The notes: generated from the letters alone by a model not told the origin. A stretch of 55,879 nt of DNA from Promethearchaeati archaeon (GCA_013166835.1 JABLTI010000005.1:1-55879); one strand, 5' to 3'. Shown: positions 8,914 through 19,389, counted from the stretch's first letter. A program made the numbers and translations.

Positions 8914-10302
8914 ATGGAAGATTATTGTGACATGAGTAACAACGATTTTGTCTCTAAAATAATGCAAAATGGCAATCACAAAGGGATTTTAAGAAATATT
9001 ATTATTGTAAACTTTTTCTTCAGAATTTTTAGTGAAGGTTTCAGAACACTGCTGGTGCCTTTTTCTGCTAATATATTAGAGTTAACTGTTGATCAATACG
9101 GTCTAATACAGTCTATTGGCGGATATGCAGCAATGGGAGTTGTATTTTTACTTGGAATTGTGGTCGACATACAGTTCAAAAAAATCACAATGGCATTAGG
9201 AATAATCTGTTCTATTATCTCTGCAGTGTTATTTCCACTAATAACTAGTATTTACGGCCTTTCTGTGTTTTTCTTTTGCTTCTTCACAGTGGGACAATTA
9301 ATGATGATGATCTCTACTAACACTTTTATCGCAAATGAAACAAAAAGAGGAACAGAACGGACAACAGGATTCTCTGGAAATATGATTGCTAGAGGTATAG
9401 CAAGTGCCATTGCACCAATTTCTTTTACAGCACTCGTAGAAAAAACAACTTTGGAATATCATTGGGTGTATCTTATAATGGGTTTCTTTGGTTTAGTGGC
9501 TTTAGTTCTAGTATTCTCTCTACGTTTGATTGCTGAGGATACAGCCAAAGAAGAAATCCAGTATGCTGAAGGATTATCTGTGGAAAGTGGCGATGAATTT
9601 GCAAAGTACGAAGAGCATAAAGAAGGTAAAAGATCTGTTCTCTTTGTACAAACAGCATTTGGTGTAGGACGAATGTTGATGGGTTTTGCAAGCGGAATAG
9701 CAATTCCATTCGTAGGATGGTTTATGTTAACGCAACTTAGTCTCACGGCTTTTGAGTATGGTGTACTGAATTCTATCATGTGGGTCGTAATTACGTTTGG
9801 TTATTTATTCATGGCATTTATTGCTGAAAGAGTTGGTAAAGAAAAAATTGTGGTAATATATTGGACTTTAGTTATTCCTGCGGCACTTGGTATAATGTTA
9901 GCAGGAAACGCTGGAATGCTTTATCTAACATCGTTCTTCTTTATATTGAGATTCCTTTTTGCTATGACCCCATCTGCTGCGTGGAACAGCTTCCTATTCG
10001 AATGGATTCCTCCAAAACACAGAGGAAAAATAATGGGGCTACTTCAAACAGGTCAGAGAGGATTACGTGCTACAGGAACATTAGTAGGAGGACTCGTTTT
10101 CGGTACAATTGGTGCAACTATTTTTCCCGTGGCTATGGTTGTTTATCCTATAGCAGGATTAATCCCATTAGTTATGAGTCGTGTTGTAAAGAAAAGAATG
10201 GAAAAAGAATGCTTAGAGGAAGAAGAAGACAAAGATGCAAGCGAAATAAAAGAATCACTGTATGATGATTTCTTAGAAATTGTGGATGATCCTAACAAGT
10301 GA
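8914..10302 (+). CDS. MFS transporter
   Basis: About 12 TM helices in two halves with a central hydrophilic loop; AERVGKEK motif A-like, P.KHRGK..G. Confidence 0.85.
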   Translation: MEDYCDMSNNDFVSKIMQNGNHKGILRNIIIVNFFFRIFSEGFRTLLVPFSANILELTVDQYGLIQSIGGYAAMGVVFLLGIVVDIQFKKITMALGIICSIISAVLFPLITSIYGLSVFFFCFFTVGQLMMMISTNTFIANETKRGTERTTGFSGNMIARGIASAIAPISFTALVEKTTLEYHWVYLIMGFFGLVALVLVFSLRLIAEDTAKEEIQYAEGLSVESGDEFAKYEEHKEGKRSVLFVQTAFGVGRMLMGFASGIAIPFVGWFMLTQLSLTAFEYGVLNSIMWVVITFGYLFMAFIAERVGKEKIVVIYWTLVIPAALGIMLAGNAGMLYLTSFFFILRFLFAMTPSAAWNSFLFEWIPPKHRGKIMGLLQTGQRGLRATGTLVGGLVFGTIGATIFPVAMVVYPIAGLIPLVMSRVVKKRMEKECLEEEEDKDASEIKESLYDDFLEIVDDPNK

Positions 10303-10392
10303 AATGAAAAAGTAATTTCATTTCTAATGCTCTAAGTTTATTAATTGAATCTATGATAAAGATAACAGATTTACACTCTGAGGTAAAAAACA

Positions 10393-10722
10393 TTGGGTGA
10401 ACTCAAAATAGAAATTATTAAAGAAGGAACAGGACCAACTCCGAAGAAAGGAGATACCATCGTAGTGCACTACACAGGCTGGTTAACGAATGGTAAAAAA
10501 TTCGATAGCTCACATGATAGAAAGAAACCACTTGAATTCAAAATAGGAGTTGGGCAAGTAATAAAGGGCTGGGATCAAGGAGTTATTACTATGAAAGTTG
10601 GTGGGAAAAGAAAGTTAACAATACCACCAGAATTAGCATATGGTAATCGTAATGTAGGAAATGGGTTAATCCCACCAAAATCAACACTCATTTTTGAGGT
10701 AGAACTCATCAAGATAAAGTAA
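10393..10722 (+). CDS. FKBP-type peptidyl-prolyl cis-trans isomerase
   Basis: VHYTGWL..GKKFDSS.DR, GQVIKGWDQG, IPPELAYG, LIFEVEL. Confidence 0.95.
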   Translation: MGELKIEIIKEGTGPTPKKGDTIVVHYTGWLTNGKKFDSSHDRKKPLEFKIGVGQVIKGWDQGVITMKVGGKRKLTIPPELAYGNRNVGNGLIPPKSTLIFEVELIKIK

Positions 10723-10812
10723 GAATTACTTTATCCAATTCCTTTTTTTTACGGAAAATTTCACGAATTTGTTTCCAAGACATTAATATATTAAAACAAC
10801 ATAAATAATACA

Positions 10813-10910
10813 GCGTGTTATTGCCATTAACACGCCTTTTAGAAAAAGACTATCTCCTGTTTTGCGTGGAGCGTCTCTACTGAGAGTGCTTCCACGCACC
10901 AAATTCTTTT
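10813..10910 (+). ncRNA. Candidate small structured RNA or leader with two GC-rich hairpins
   Basis: GCGTGTTA/TAACACGC stem (10813-10835) and TGCGTGGA...TCCACGCA stem (10863-10898); TATA-like element upstream and T-rich tract downstream. Confidence 0.35.
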
Positions 10911-10962
10911 ATTCCTTATTGATTCTCTTAATTTTGAATTCATTTAGTCTTGGGTCTGGAAA

Positions 10963-11655
10963 ATGGAGCTCGAAAATTGTATTCGTTGCATGGGATATTC
11001 AGAAATGTATTCCAGTTCTGCAATTGTTCATACCAGCTTAAAACCAAACCTTGAGTATAAGGCAGATCTTTGGAAGCCTTATGAAATCAAAGTACTTTTT
11101 CTTGCTGAATCCCCTCCTTTTCATTCCACAAAAAGCAATGCTGTCAACGATAGTTATTTTTACAACTATAATGAATCACAGAGATTTTTTGGTGCCCCCT
11201 CTCCTTTACTTGGAACACTTTCTTGGAATCTTTTCTGTCTATTAGGTATTAGTAACAAATTGTCTAAGAAAGAGAAACTAGAGGAATTCCGTGATAAATC
11301 TTGTTACTACATTAATGTTGTGAAGTGTAGAACGGAACGCTATGATAAGAAAAATCTGATTAATCGTACTGTAAAGAATTGCGCAGTTTTTCTCGAGAGA
11401 GAAATTAAGGATCTGAATCCAAAATCTATTGTAGTTTTAGGAGAAAGAGCACTTTATGGATTGAAATGCTGCGAGCTATTTAAGAGTTCAATACCTACAA
11501 ATAGTATAAATTCCCTTCTTGAAGAGACAAAAAAACAACCCCTCAGAATTAGTGATTACAAGTTGTTTTTCTTACCATTACCTATTTGGAGAAATAGACA
11601 ATACTTAGAATCAATACTTTCTCTTTTCAAGTTGGTTAAAAAGGAAGTTCAATAA
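10963..11655 (+). CDS. Uracil-DNA glycosylase-like family protein
   Basis: VLFLAESPP (motif A-like), YINVVKC, C..FLEREI..LNPK.IVVLG..A. Confidence 0.7.
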   Translation: MELENCIRCMGYSEMYSSSAIVHTSLKPNLEYKADLWKPYEIKVLFLAESPPFHSTKSNAVNDSYFYNYNESQRFFGAPSPLLGTLSWNLFCLLGISNKLSKKEKLEEFRDKSCYYINVVKCRTERYDKKNLINRTVKNCAVFLEREIKDLNPKSIVVLGERALYGLKCCELFKSSIPTNSINSLLEETKKQPLRISDYKLFFLPLPIWRNRQYLESILSLFKLVKKEVQ

Positions 11656-11682
11656 TCTAAAATCTGGAAAAGGTGAATTAGA

Positions 11683-12417
11683 ATTAATCGATGGAAAATA
11701 TTACTAAGAGTTGTTTTCTTAGTTTCTGGAATTCTATGCTTGATCTTCTTAGTATTATTGAGTTTAAGTGTAGTTTTCTATCCAGGTGGAGGTAGATTAT
11801 TTGGATTAACTGACTCTATTGGTTATTCATTTTGGAATAATTTTATTAGTGATCTCGGACGAGTAACCGCTATTAATGGTGAGTCAAATACTGTTTCTCA
11901 CATTTTATTTGCTACAGGACTTATAATTTTGAGTGTTGCACAATTAGCTTACCATATTAATGTTCAATTTCTAATTCGACAGAAGAAGAGTTCAACAATT
12001 CTCGGAATCATTTCTGCGGTATTAGGAGGAACCTATTCCGTTCTCTACATTTCACTTGCTCTTATCCCTTATGATGTAAATCCTCCTCTTCATAACAAAT
12101 TCATTTACGCTGGTGCACCTTTTGTTTTTGTTGCATGTCTTACTTTGATGATCGCGATTTTCTTGGATAAGGATTTACCAAATTTCTTTGCTTATCTTTG
12201 GTTAGTCTTAGTGATTGGATTCACGATATTTGCGATATTAACAGGCATTGGAACTACCTTGGATAGAGATACTAATTGGATTATTCGAATGACTGGACAT
12301 ACAATTCTAATCTATCTTGAAACTATCCTCTTTGGAGTACAAGGGATTTGGACTTGGTGGTATCTTAGGAAAAAGCAGATTAATACTACAACAAATGTTA
12401 ATCAAGCAAATACTTAA
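11683..12417 (+). CDS. DUF998-like multi-pass membrane protein (probable ATT start at 11683)
   Basis: YPGG...YSFWNNFISDLG motif, conserved His, about 6 TMs. Frame extends to an ATT 6 nt after a GGTGA RBS, completing TM1. Confidence 0.7.
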   Translation: MNRWKILLRVVFLVSGILCLIFLVLLSLSVVFYPGGGRLFGLTDSIGYSFWNNFISDLGRVTAINGESNTVSHILFATGLIILSVAQLAYHINVQFLIRQKKSSTILGIISAVLGGTYSVLYISLALIPYDVNPPLHNKFIYAGAPFVFVACLTLMIAIFLDKDLPNFFAYLWLVLVIGFTIFAILTGIGTTLDRDTNWIIRMTGHTILIYLETILFGVQGIWTWWYLRKKQINTTTNVNQANT

Positions 12418-12455
12418 GAAACGATTAAGTTAACCAAAATCCATCCAATCAAAAC

Positions 12456-14066
12456 TTGAGGTTTTCTATGCGAGTCTCATCAGATTTTCTAGTAATAGGC
12501 AGCGGTATAAGTGGTTTGACCTATGCGTTAAAGGCTGCTCAATGTGGCACAGTTTCTCTTCTAAGTAAAGACGAAATAACAGAAGGATCTACTTTTTATG
12601 CTCAAGGAGGAATAGCTGCTGTTTTTGATGAGGAAGACTCGATTGATATTCATGTTGATGATACTCTAACAGCCGGAGATGGCTTGTGCCTTAAGGATGT
12701 AGCACAAGAGATCTGTTCTGAAGGTCCTAGAGTTGTTCAAGAATTAATTGACAATTATAATGTTAAATTTACAAGTAAAAAAGGTGAAATTGATCTTGGT
12801 CTAGAGGGAGGTCACTCTCAAAGGAGAGTTCTACATGCCCAAGATAAAACAGGTATTGAACTTGAGACAAAACTTGTTGAAGCAGCGAAAAAAGAACCAA
12901 ACATTTCTATTTTTGAGAATCACGTAGCGATTAATCTATTCACAGACAACAATGTTTGTTATGGTGCTTATGTTTATGATAAAACCAAAGGTAAAATAAG
13001 AAATTTCCAAGCAAGTGTAACAACTATCGCTACTGGTGGAGCTGGGAAAGCCTTCTTGGTGACAAGTAATCCAGATGTTTGTACAGGTGATGGTATTGCC
13101 ATGGCTTATCGTGCTGGTGCTAAAGTCATCAATATGGAGCTTATTCAATTCCATCCAACAAGTCTTTATCACCCTCACGCAAAAGCATTTCTTATTACAG
13201 AAGCAATGCGTGGTGAAGGAGCAAAATTAGTTGATAAAGATGGCACTCGTTTCATGAACAAATATCATCCTAAGAAAGAATTAGCCCCAAGAGACATTGT
13301 TTCTCGATCGATTGATGCTGAACTTAAAGCGTCTGGTGATGATTCTGTTTTTCTTGATATCACTCACAAAGACCCTACTTTTGTAAAAGAGCGATTTCCA
13401 ATGATCTATGAGAGATGTCTAGCTTTTGGCATTGATATTACAGCTCAACTAATTCCAGTTGTTCCTGCAGCTCACTATACAATTGGTGGAATTAAAGCAA
13501 CAACTTCCGGTGAAACTACTATTAAGAACCTCCAGGCAATAGGTGAAGCTGCATGCACTAATTTCCATGGAGCAAATCGATTAGCAAGTAATTCATTACT
13601 CGAGGCTTTGGTTTGTGGAAGTAAAGCAGCAAAACTCGGTTCTACAATTTGCATAGATAATGGTGCTCCCTCAAAAAGACCATTTCCAAAATGGGATCCT
13701 GGTGAAGCAGAAGATTCTGATGAAATGGTTATTATAAAACAAAATTGGGATGAAATTCGTCGTTTCATGTGGAACTATGTTGGAATTGTTCGCTCAAATA
13801 ATCGTTTGACAAGAGCCTCACATAGACTTGATATTGTAATGAAAGAAATTAATCAATTCTATTGGGACTTTAAAATTCATCCTCATTTACTAGATCTCAG
13901 AAACTTAGCACAAATTGCTGAATTAATTATAAGATGTGCTAAAGGTCGAAAAGAAAGTCGAGGAGTACATTACTCAATTGATTTTCCAATGAAATCAGAT
14001 GTTCTATATAATACAGAATTACAGATTTCAATGGTAGATAGAATTCCTATTAATGACAAATTATGA
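12456..14066 (+). CDS. nadB: L-aspartate oxidase
   Basis: IGSGISG FAD motif, AQGGIAA, EGGHS.RR.LH, QFHPT, TEAMRGEG, PAAHYTIGG, HGANRLASNSLLEA, ESRG.HY. Confidence 0.93.
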   Translation: MRFSMRVSSDFLVIGSGISGLTYALKAAQCGTVSLLSKDEITEGSTFYAQGGIAAVFDEEDSIDIHVDDTLTAGDGLCLKDVAQEICSEGPRVVQELIDNYNVKFTSKKGEIDLGLEGGHSQRRVLHAQDKTGIELETKLVEAAKKEPNISIFENHVAINLFTDNNVCYGAYVYDKTKGKIRNFQASVTTIATGGAGKAFLVTSNPDVCTGDGIAMAYRAGAKVINMELIQFHPTSLYHPHAKAFLITEAMRGEGAKLVDKDGTRFMNKYHPKKELAPRDIVSRSIDAELKASGDDSVFLDITHKDPTFVKERFPMIYERCLAFGIDITAQLIPVVPAAHYTIGGIKATTSGETTIKNLQAIGEAACTNFHGANRLASNSLLEALVCGSKAAKLGSTICIDNGAPSKRPFPKWDPGEAEDSDEMVIIKQNWDEIRRFMWNYVGIVRSNNRLTRASHRLDIVMKEINQFYWDFKIHPHLLDLRNLAQIAELIIRCAKGRKESRGVHYSIDFPMKSDVLYNTELQISMVDRIPINDKL

Positions 14067-14808
14067 ATCTGGGAGTAAAATGGATAAAAACAAAATTCTA
14101 CAAATTTTGTTTATAATTCTTACATGTATACCATTTCTAGCATTTATCTTACTTGGATTAGCAATTTACTATTATCCAGGCGGTCATTTGTTAGATAATT
14201 TCAATGAAGGATTTAGTTTTCTTTATAATACAATAAGTGATCTTGGTCATTTAATTGCATATAATGGAATCTCAAACACAATTTCCCGAATTTTATATAG
14301 AATTATTTTGATATCGTTAGCCGTTTGCTGTTTGATTTTTTTTTCTATCATATGGATATTTTTCCAGGAGAGAAAAGCAACTAAATGGTTGAGTTGGATT
14401 GGATCATTTTTTGGAATAACTTTAGCGGGATTATATATTGCTTTAGCTTTTGTTACAGATGACACCCATCCATATGCACATTTAAAAATGATATACTTAG
14501 CAGAATCCGTACTTTTCACATCAGTCCTAATCTATGATATAGTATATTTTATGAAAAAGGATTTCTCAAAATTGAATACTTATTCGTATCTAGCATTGAT
14601 TATTGTTTCAGTCTTATTGATGCTCACAGTAGCAATTGCTCCTCGTTTTGGAGATATTTTATTTCATGCTTCGCGTCGAGGTGGTCATGTAATTTTCACC
14701 TTTATTGTGACCTTTATTTATGGCTTACAAGGAATTGGTGCCTACCTGTATGTTAAGAAGCAAACAAAAAACAAACTAGATACAAAATTACTAAATAACC
14801 AAATATAA
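14053..14808 (+). CDS. DUF998-like multi-pass membrane protein (paralog of 11683-12417)
   Basis: YYPGG...FSFLYNTISDLG...NG.SNTISRIL shared with the upstream paralog. Confidence 0.7.
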   Translation: MTNYESGSKMDKNKILQILFIILTCIPFLAFILLGLAIYYYPGGHLLDNFNEGFSFLYNTISDLGHLIAYNGISNTISRILYRIILISLAVCCLIFFSIIWIFFQERKATKWLSWIGSFFGITLAGLYIALAFVTDDTHPYAHLKMIYLAESVLFTSVLIYDIVYFMKKDFSKLNTYSYLALIIVSVLLMLTVAIAPRFGDILFHASRRGGHVIFTFIVTFIYGLQGIGAYLYVKKQTKNKLDTKLLNNQI

Positions 14809-14832
14809 AAAATGAAAAAAGAGAAATGGCAA

Positions 14833-15675
14833 TTATTTTTGAGATAGAACTTGATACCATTTCTTTAATGACGTTTCTTTCCATGTTTCACGTCTTGGTG
14901 GATGAAACTCTACTTCATTTGCTTTTTCAACAATTTTATCCTCTGAAAATCCTTCAGTGATCATTTTACGCATCAAAACAACAACTTTGTCAAAATAATC
15001 AAGATATTCTTGGACCTCAACTTTGGTGCAAACTGGTCCATGTCCCGGAATAAAATACTCTACATCAAGAGAAAGATATTCTTTGAAAGTATCAATCCAT
15101 TTTTGAGGATTGGCTGATTGATCGCCTGCCCATGGAAAGCTGTTGATGAAAAGATTATCTCCTGTAATCAAAGCTTTTGCTTCAGGATAATAGACGTAAC
15201 TGGAACCAGCGGTATGACCTCCAGTATTTTTTACTTTGATTTTAGTGTCATAATCCTCGATTTCAATTGAATTTTCAAACGTTTCAGTGGGTAGGACAAT
15301 TTCTAACCCAGCTAAGGCAGTAGGATCCTCGGCTGTTTTCTTCCACTCTTCAATTTTCTCAGGAGTCCAATCAGTTTCCTTACTTGAAACCATTCGTTCT
15401 TTGGTATGTTTAGAAGCGATTATTCGACAATCAGAGAAAACTTGATTGCCAAAAACATGATCGCCGTGCGTATGTGTGATTACTAGTGTTGATACTTTTT
15501 TCCCTGTTTCTTTTTCTAATTCTTCTCTAAATTTCCTTATGAGAGGTAAACTCATTCCTGAATCCACAAAGATTATTTCTGATGGCAAAACAAATGCTGC
15601 AACATTCCCTCTTGTGCTTCCATCAGTTATTGCATAAACATTCTCAGTTACTTTATCATATGTCAATTTAATCAT
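14833..15675 (-). CDS. MBL-fold metallo-hydrolase (cyclase-like)
   Basis: THTHGDH, GGHT, TGD, PGHG motifs. Confidence 0.9.
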   Translation of the reverse strand: MIKLTYDKVTENVYAITDGSTRGNVAAFVLPSEIIFVDSGMSLPLIRKFREELEKETGKKVSTLVITHTHGDHVFGNQVFSDCRIIASKHTKERMVSSKETDWTPEKIEEWKKTAEDPTALAGLEIVLPTETFENSIEIEDYDTKIKVKNTGGHTAGSSYVYYPEAKALITGDNLFINSFPWAGDQSANPQKWIDTFKEYLSLDVEYFIPGHGPVCTKVEVQEYLDYFDKVVVLMRKMITEGFSEDKIVEKANEVEFHPPRRETWKETSLKKWYQVLSQK

Positions 15676-15819
15676 CTTGAGAGTATTTTTCTAATCTGCT
15701 TTATTCTTCTTCTTTCATTAACTTTTCTAGTTTTTTCAATAGCTTCGCTTACGTTTTTAAAACTAAAATGTATAAGAATTACAGTTAATTGTATAAGGAG
15801 TATTGTCTTCTTGTGACAG

Positions 15820-17904
15820 GTGATGGGTATGATATTTGATGTGAAGAAATTCTATGAAAAGGAAAATTCAAAAGTGTGTGAAACCTATAGCAGTTCTTTA
15901 GCTAAAATTGAAACAATTATTAAAGAACTAAATGAAACTGAGGATGAAACTAAAAGAGAATATTTTGATTTACTAAAAATAATTGCGAATTTTATTCTTA
16001 AAATGACGAAATATGAAAGTACCTTAAGCAAAGAGTATTTTTCGTCTAAAAATTTCGATGAATTGAAGAAAGAAAATCTAGAATTGTATCAGGATATTTT
16101 ACCTGAAAATTATGATTCGTCTTATGCTAATCCTGCTTTTTGTGTCAAGGTTTTTGGGGATAAGATAGGGCAATTAATAGCATTCTTTTATAATAATTAT
16201 CGATCCTATATTGACTTTTCTTTTAAGCATAAGATTTTTAGAATAACTGAGTACAATCAACTATTCATTGATTTGTATGATTATATTAAGAATAATTCAA
16301 TAGAGTATAAAGAACTCCATGAAATTATAACACGTCTTGTTCGACGTTTGCGTATAAGAGATTATATTATTCGAATGAAAGAGGTTTTTGATCCAGATTA
16401 TCGTTATTTCACAGACATTGTTATGAATGATGATCTTACAGATTTCAGATACCTTTTCAAGTATGGCAAATACATTTCTGAGAATGAAATCCAATTAGCT
16501 CGTTTTATCAGCAAATATCCACAGGATAAACTGAAAATTCTGGCCAAAGCAGTAGTAAAAGCTTACTTCAGAGGATTTGAAAGAGATGGTAAAGATGTAA
16601 CTAAAAAAACATCTGTAGAATTAATTCATCCCGTTGGAATGGAAGACTTGATTCGAGAAGTAATTAAAGAACTTGAATTGAATAATCTTAAAGTTATAAT
16701 TTCAGATGTTGAATCTAAAAAGGCAAATAAGCAATTGGAATTCGACCACAAGTTTGATAGAGCGCTTTATTTGGATAAAAAGGTCAAAGAACAGGATTTG
16801 AAAAGTTATACGGAAGGTTTGGAGAATAACAAAGAAATTGTTGAAACGGTATCAGGAGTTATTTATTTTATCAGTTTTGGAGAAGAACCATTTAGTCCTA
16901 GCAACAAAGAAGAATCATTGAAATTATCTGAAGAACAGACTAAGATCTTTCAATCATTAAATTCAGAAATTAATCATATTCATTCTAAATATCAACCACC
17001 AGCGGAAAAGAGTTTCAGTGTTATATCCTTCCCTTCGCCAGACATCGGCGATAATTTCGAAGAAATCTTTGATAAAATCGTTGAGATCAATATGTTGGAT
17101 TCAGACAAATATGAAAGATTGCAACAGATAATGATTGATGTTCTTGATCAAGCAGCTTATGTTCAAATAAAAGGTAAAGATGAGAATAAGACTGACTTAA
17201 TAATCCAATTGCAAAAACTAAGAAATCCGGATAAGGAAACTAATTTCGCAAATTCTGGTGCAAATGTTAATATCCCTGCTGGTGAGCTTTTCACTTCACC
17301 ACAACTGAAAGGTACAAATGGGATTTTACATGTCGATAAAAGTTATCTTAGTTCGTTGCTTTACAAAAATCTAACAATAACTTTCAAAGATGGATTTATC
17401 GCTGATTATTCCTGTACAAATTTTGATACTGAAGAAGAAAATAAAAAATACATTGAGCAAAATCTCCTATTTCCTCATAAAACCCTCCCAATTGGAGAAT
17501 TTGCTATTGGTACAAATACTTTAGCATATGTTATTTCAAGAGAGTATAATATTCTTCCAGTTCTACCAGTTCTCATCTCAGAGAAAACAGCTCCTCACTT
17601 CGCAATTGGTGACACTTGTTTTCAAATGCGAGAAGATGTTAAGACCTATAATAGATTTACAAAGAAAGAAATTGTTGCTTGTGATAATGAAAAATCTATT
17701 TTAAGAAAAACTGACAGAAATGATGAAGCCTATACTTTCAAGCACAATGATATTGTTTTACCATTTCAAGATATTGATTTTATTACTGCTGTAAAGTTTG
17801 ATGGAACAAAAATCGATATTATTCGAAATGGAAAGTTCAGTTTGAAAGGAACTGAAGAGCTAAATATTCCATTGATTGAGTACGAGAAGAAGATGGAGCT
17901 ATAA
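15820..17904 (+). CDS. M29-like (aminopeptidase T-type) metallopeptidase, long form
   Basis: NIPAGELFTSP, GEFAIGTN, EK...HFAIGD, H.D motifs in the C-terminal half; long helical N-terminal region. Confidence 0.8.
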   Translation: MMGMIFDVKKFYEKENSKVCETYSSSLAKIETIIKELNETEDETKREYFDLLKIIANFILKMTKYESTLSKEYFSSKNFDELKKENLELYQDILPENYDSSYANPAFCVKVFGDKIGQLIAFFYNNYRSYIDFSFKHKIFRITEYNQLFIDLYDYIKNNSIEYKELHEIITRLVRRLRIRDYIIRMKEVFDPDYRYFTDIVMNDDLTDFRYLFKYGKYISENEIQLARFISKYPQDKLKILAKAVVKAYFRGFERDGKDVTKKTSVELIHPVGMEDLIREVIKELELNNLKVIISDVESKKANKQLEFDHKFDRALYLDKKVKEQDLKSYTEGLENNKEIVETVSGVIYFISFGEEPFSPSNKEESLKLSEEQTKIFQSLNSEINHIHSKYQPPAEKSFSVISFPSPDIGDNFEEIFDKIVEINMLDSDKYERLQQIMIDVLDQAAYVQIKGKDENKTDLIIQLQKLRNPDKETNFANSGANVNIPAGELFTSPQLKGTNGILHVDKSYLSSLLYKNLTITFKDGFIADYSCTNFDTEEENKKYIEQNLLFPHKTLPIGEFAIGTNTLAYVISREYNILPVLPVLISEKTAPHFAIGDTCFQMREDVKTYNRFTKKEIVACDNEKSILRKTDRNDEAYTFKHNDIVLPFQDIDFITAVKFDGTKIDIIRNGKFSLKGTEELNIPLIEYEKKMEL

Positions 17905-18209
17905 GTGACATCACAGATGTTACCTATATCCCTGATAGACCTTATAGAATTGAGCAAAAATTAACTGGTGTGAAAATTGAATATAGATGCAAAGGATTAG
18001 GTAAGTGGTTGAAATCTGAAATGCTTCTCTTCATATAAGAGAAATATCCCCAAGTAAAATACATTAGCACTGGTAATGCTGATTCTAATGCTGCTATGCT
18101 CTCGATAAATAATAGAATGGGATTTAAAGCACATCAAAGTAGAAAGACATATAAATTCAAAATTTGCGAACTAGAAAAAAGAATTGCAGAAATTGAATCA
18201 AATATTTAA
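17883..18209 (+). pseudogene. 5'-truncated GNAT acetyltransferase remnant with internal stop
   Basis: Hand translation REEDGAISDITDV...QKLTGVKIEYRCKGLGKWLKSEMLLFI*EKYP...TGNADSNAAMLSINNRMGFK...; TAA at 18036-18038; no start codon. Confidence 0.75.
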
Positions 18210-18235
18210 ATCAATTGAATAATACGCAACAATTC

Positions 18236-19084
18236 TTACTTACCACCCCAGAATTTATACCAATTACTTAATGTATACCGCATTGCTCTTGCTTCAAAGG
18301 AATCATCATCCTCAATTGGATAAAAATTCTTTGCATATCCTTCTTCTTGAACTTCCTCTTTGGATTTACCTAAGGAAACTTGTTCTTTGATGAAATCACG
18401 GATGTTCTCAATGACTTCTATCATATATTTTACTAATTTATCATCACTAACTTTACCATGTCCAGGAATATATTTCTCAACATCCAGTGTCAAGTATTCC
18501 CTTAAAGTATTAATCCAAACATCAGGATCAGAACTAGGATCAGCACCGTATGGTGGAAAATTTGACAATAAATTATCTCCTGCTATTAAAATTTTATAAT
18601 TTGGGCAATAAACATATGTTGATCCTTTGGAATGACCACCTGTTCTCTTAACTACGATTTTTATATCCTCATCAATTATTTCTAAATAATCATCAAATAT
18701 TTCATTGGGAAGAGTAATATCCAAACCATCAAAAGCAGATTTGTCTTCTACTGCTTCTATCCTTCTTGCCAATTTTTCAGTAGTCATGCTTTTCTTCCAG
18801 GTTTTCAGCTTTTGAGCAACTGTTTTTGTTGCGATTATTCTACAATCAGAAAAAAATTGATTTCCCATTACGTGATCACTATGATGATGTGTTAAAATTA
18901 AGGAATCAAATTTTTTGCTTGTTTTCTCTTCTACGTATTTGCGAAATTCTTTCATTTTCGCTACGTGTACACCAGTATCCACTATTACTAGTTTATTCGG
19001 TAAAACTAATGCACTTGATATTGTATCATAATAACTCTCATCTATTAACAAGTACAAATAATCATTTACTTTTTTAAAAACCAA
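18236..19084 (-). CDS. MBL-fold metallo-hydrolase (paralog of 14833-15675)
   Basis: THHHSDH, GGHS, AGD, PGHG; shares GNQ.FSDCRIIA and EYL.LDVE..IPGHG with the paralog. Confidence 0.9.
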   Translation of the reverse strand: MVFKKVNDYLYLLIDESYYDTISSALVLPNKLVIVDTGVHVAKMKEFRKYVEEKTSKKFDSLILTHHHSDHVMGNQFFSDCRIIATKTVAQKLKTWKKSMTTEKLARRIEAVEDKSAFDGLDITLPNEIFDDYLEIIDEDIKIVVKRTGGHSKGSTYVYCPNYKILIAGDNLLSNFPPYGADPSSDPDVWINTLREYLTLDVEKYIPGHGKVSDDKLVKYMIEVIENIRDFIKEQVSLGKSKEEVQEEGYAKNFYPIEDDDSFEARAMRYTLSNWYKFWGGK

Positions 19085-19224
19085 TATTTTCTCCTCATTT
19101 TTACAATTTCCTTTCTTAATTAAAAGAATTCATATTTTTCTTGGTTTTTTCGAATACTTTCGATTAACTCTCTCGAGTTAATTTACTTATTATTAAACGT
19201 CTTTACTGTATCTTGGTGAGCATT

Positions 19225-19389
19225 GTGGCTGCTATAAGTATCAAATTTAAATGTCCAAAATGTCAACACGAACCACTCATGAAGATCGACCGAATGGTAA
19301 GATGCACTTGTGGTTGGTGGATGCAAACAGAAGAGGAAGAAGAACTACCAATTAACAGTGTAGAATATGCAACTGTTGTTGCTTCCTGA
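19225..19389 (+). CDS. Unannotated 54-aa zinc-ribbon microprotein with acidic tail
   Basis: GGTGA RBS then GTG start; MAAISIKFKCPKCQHEPLMKIDRMVRCTCGWWMQTEEEEELPINSVEYATVVAS; T-tract after the stop. Confidence 0.7.
   Translation: MAAISIKFKCPKCQHEPLMKIDRMVRCTCGWWMQTEEEEELPINSVEYATVVAS

Noticed and set aside
18036-18038. Stop-codon readthrough or recoding in the GNAT remnant
   Set aside because: The stop is TAA, not TGA or TAG, and the gene also lacks its 5' half, so pseudogenisation is simpler.
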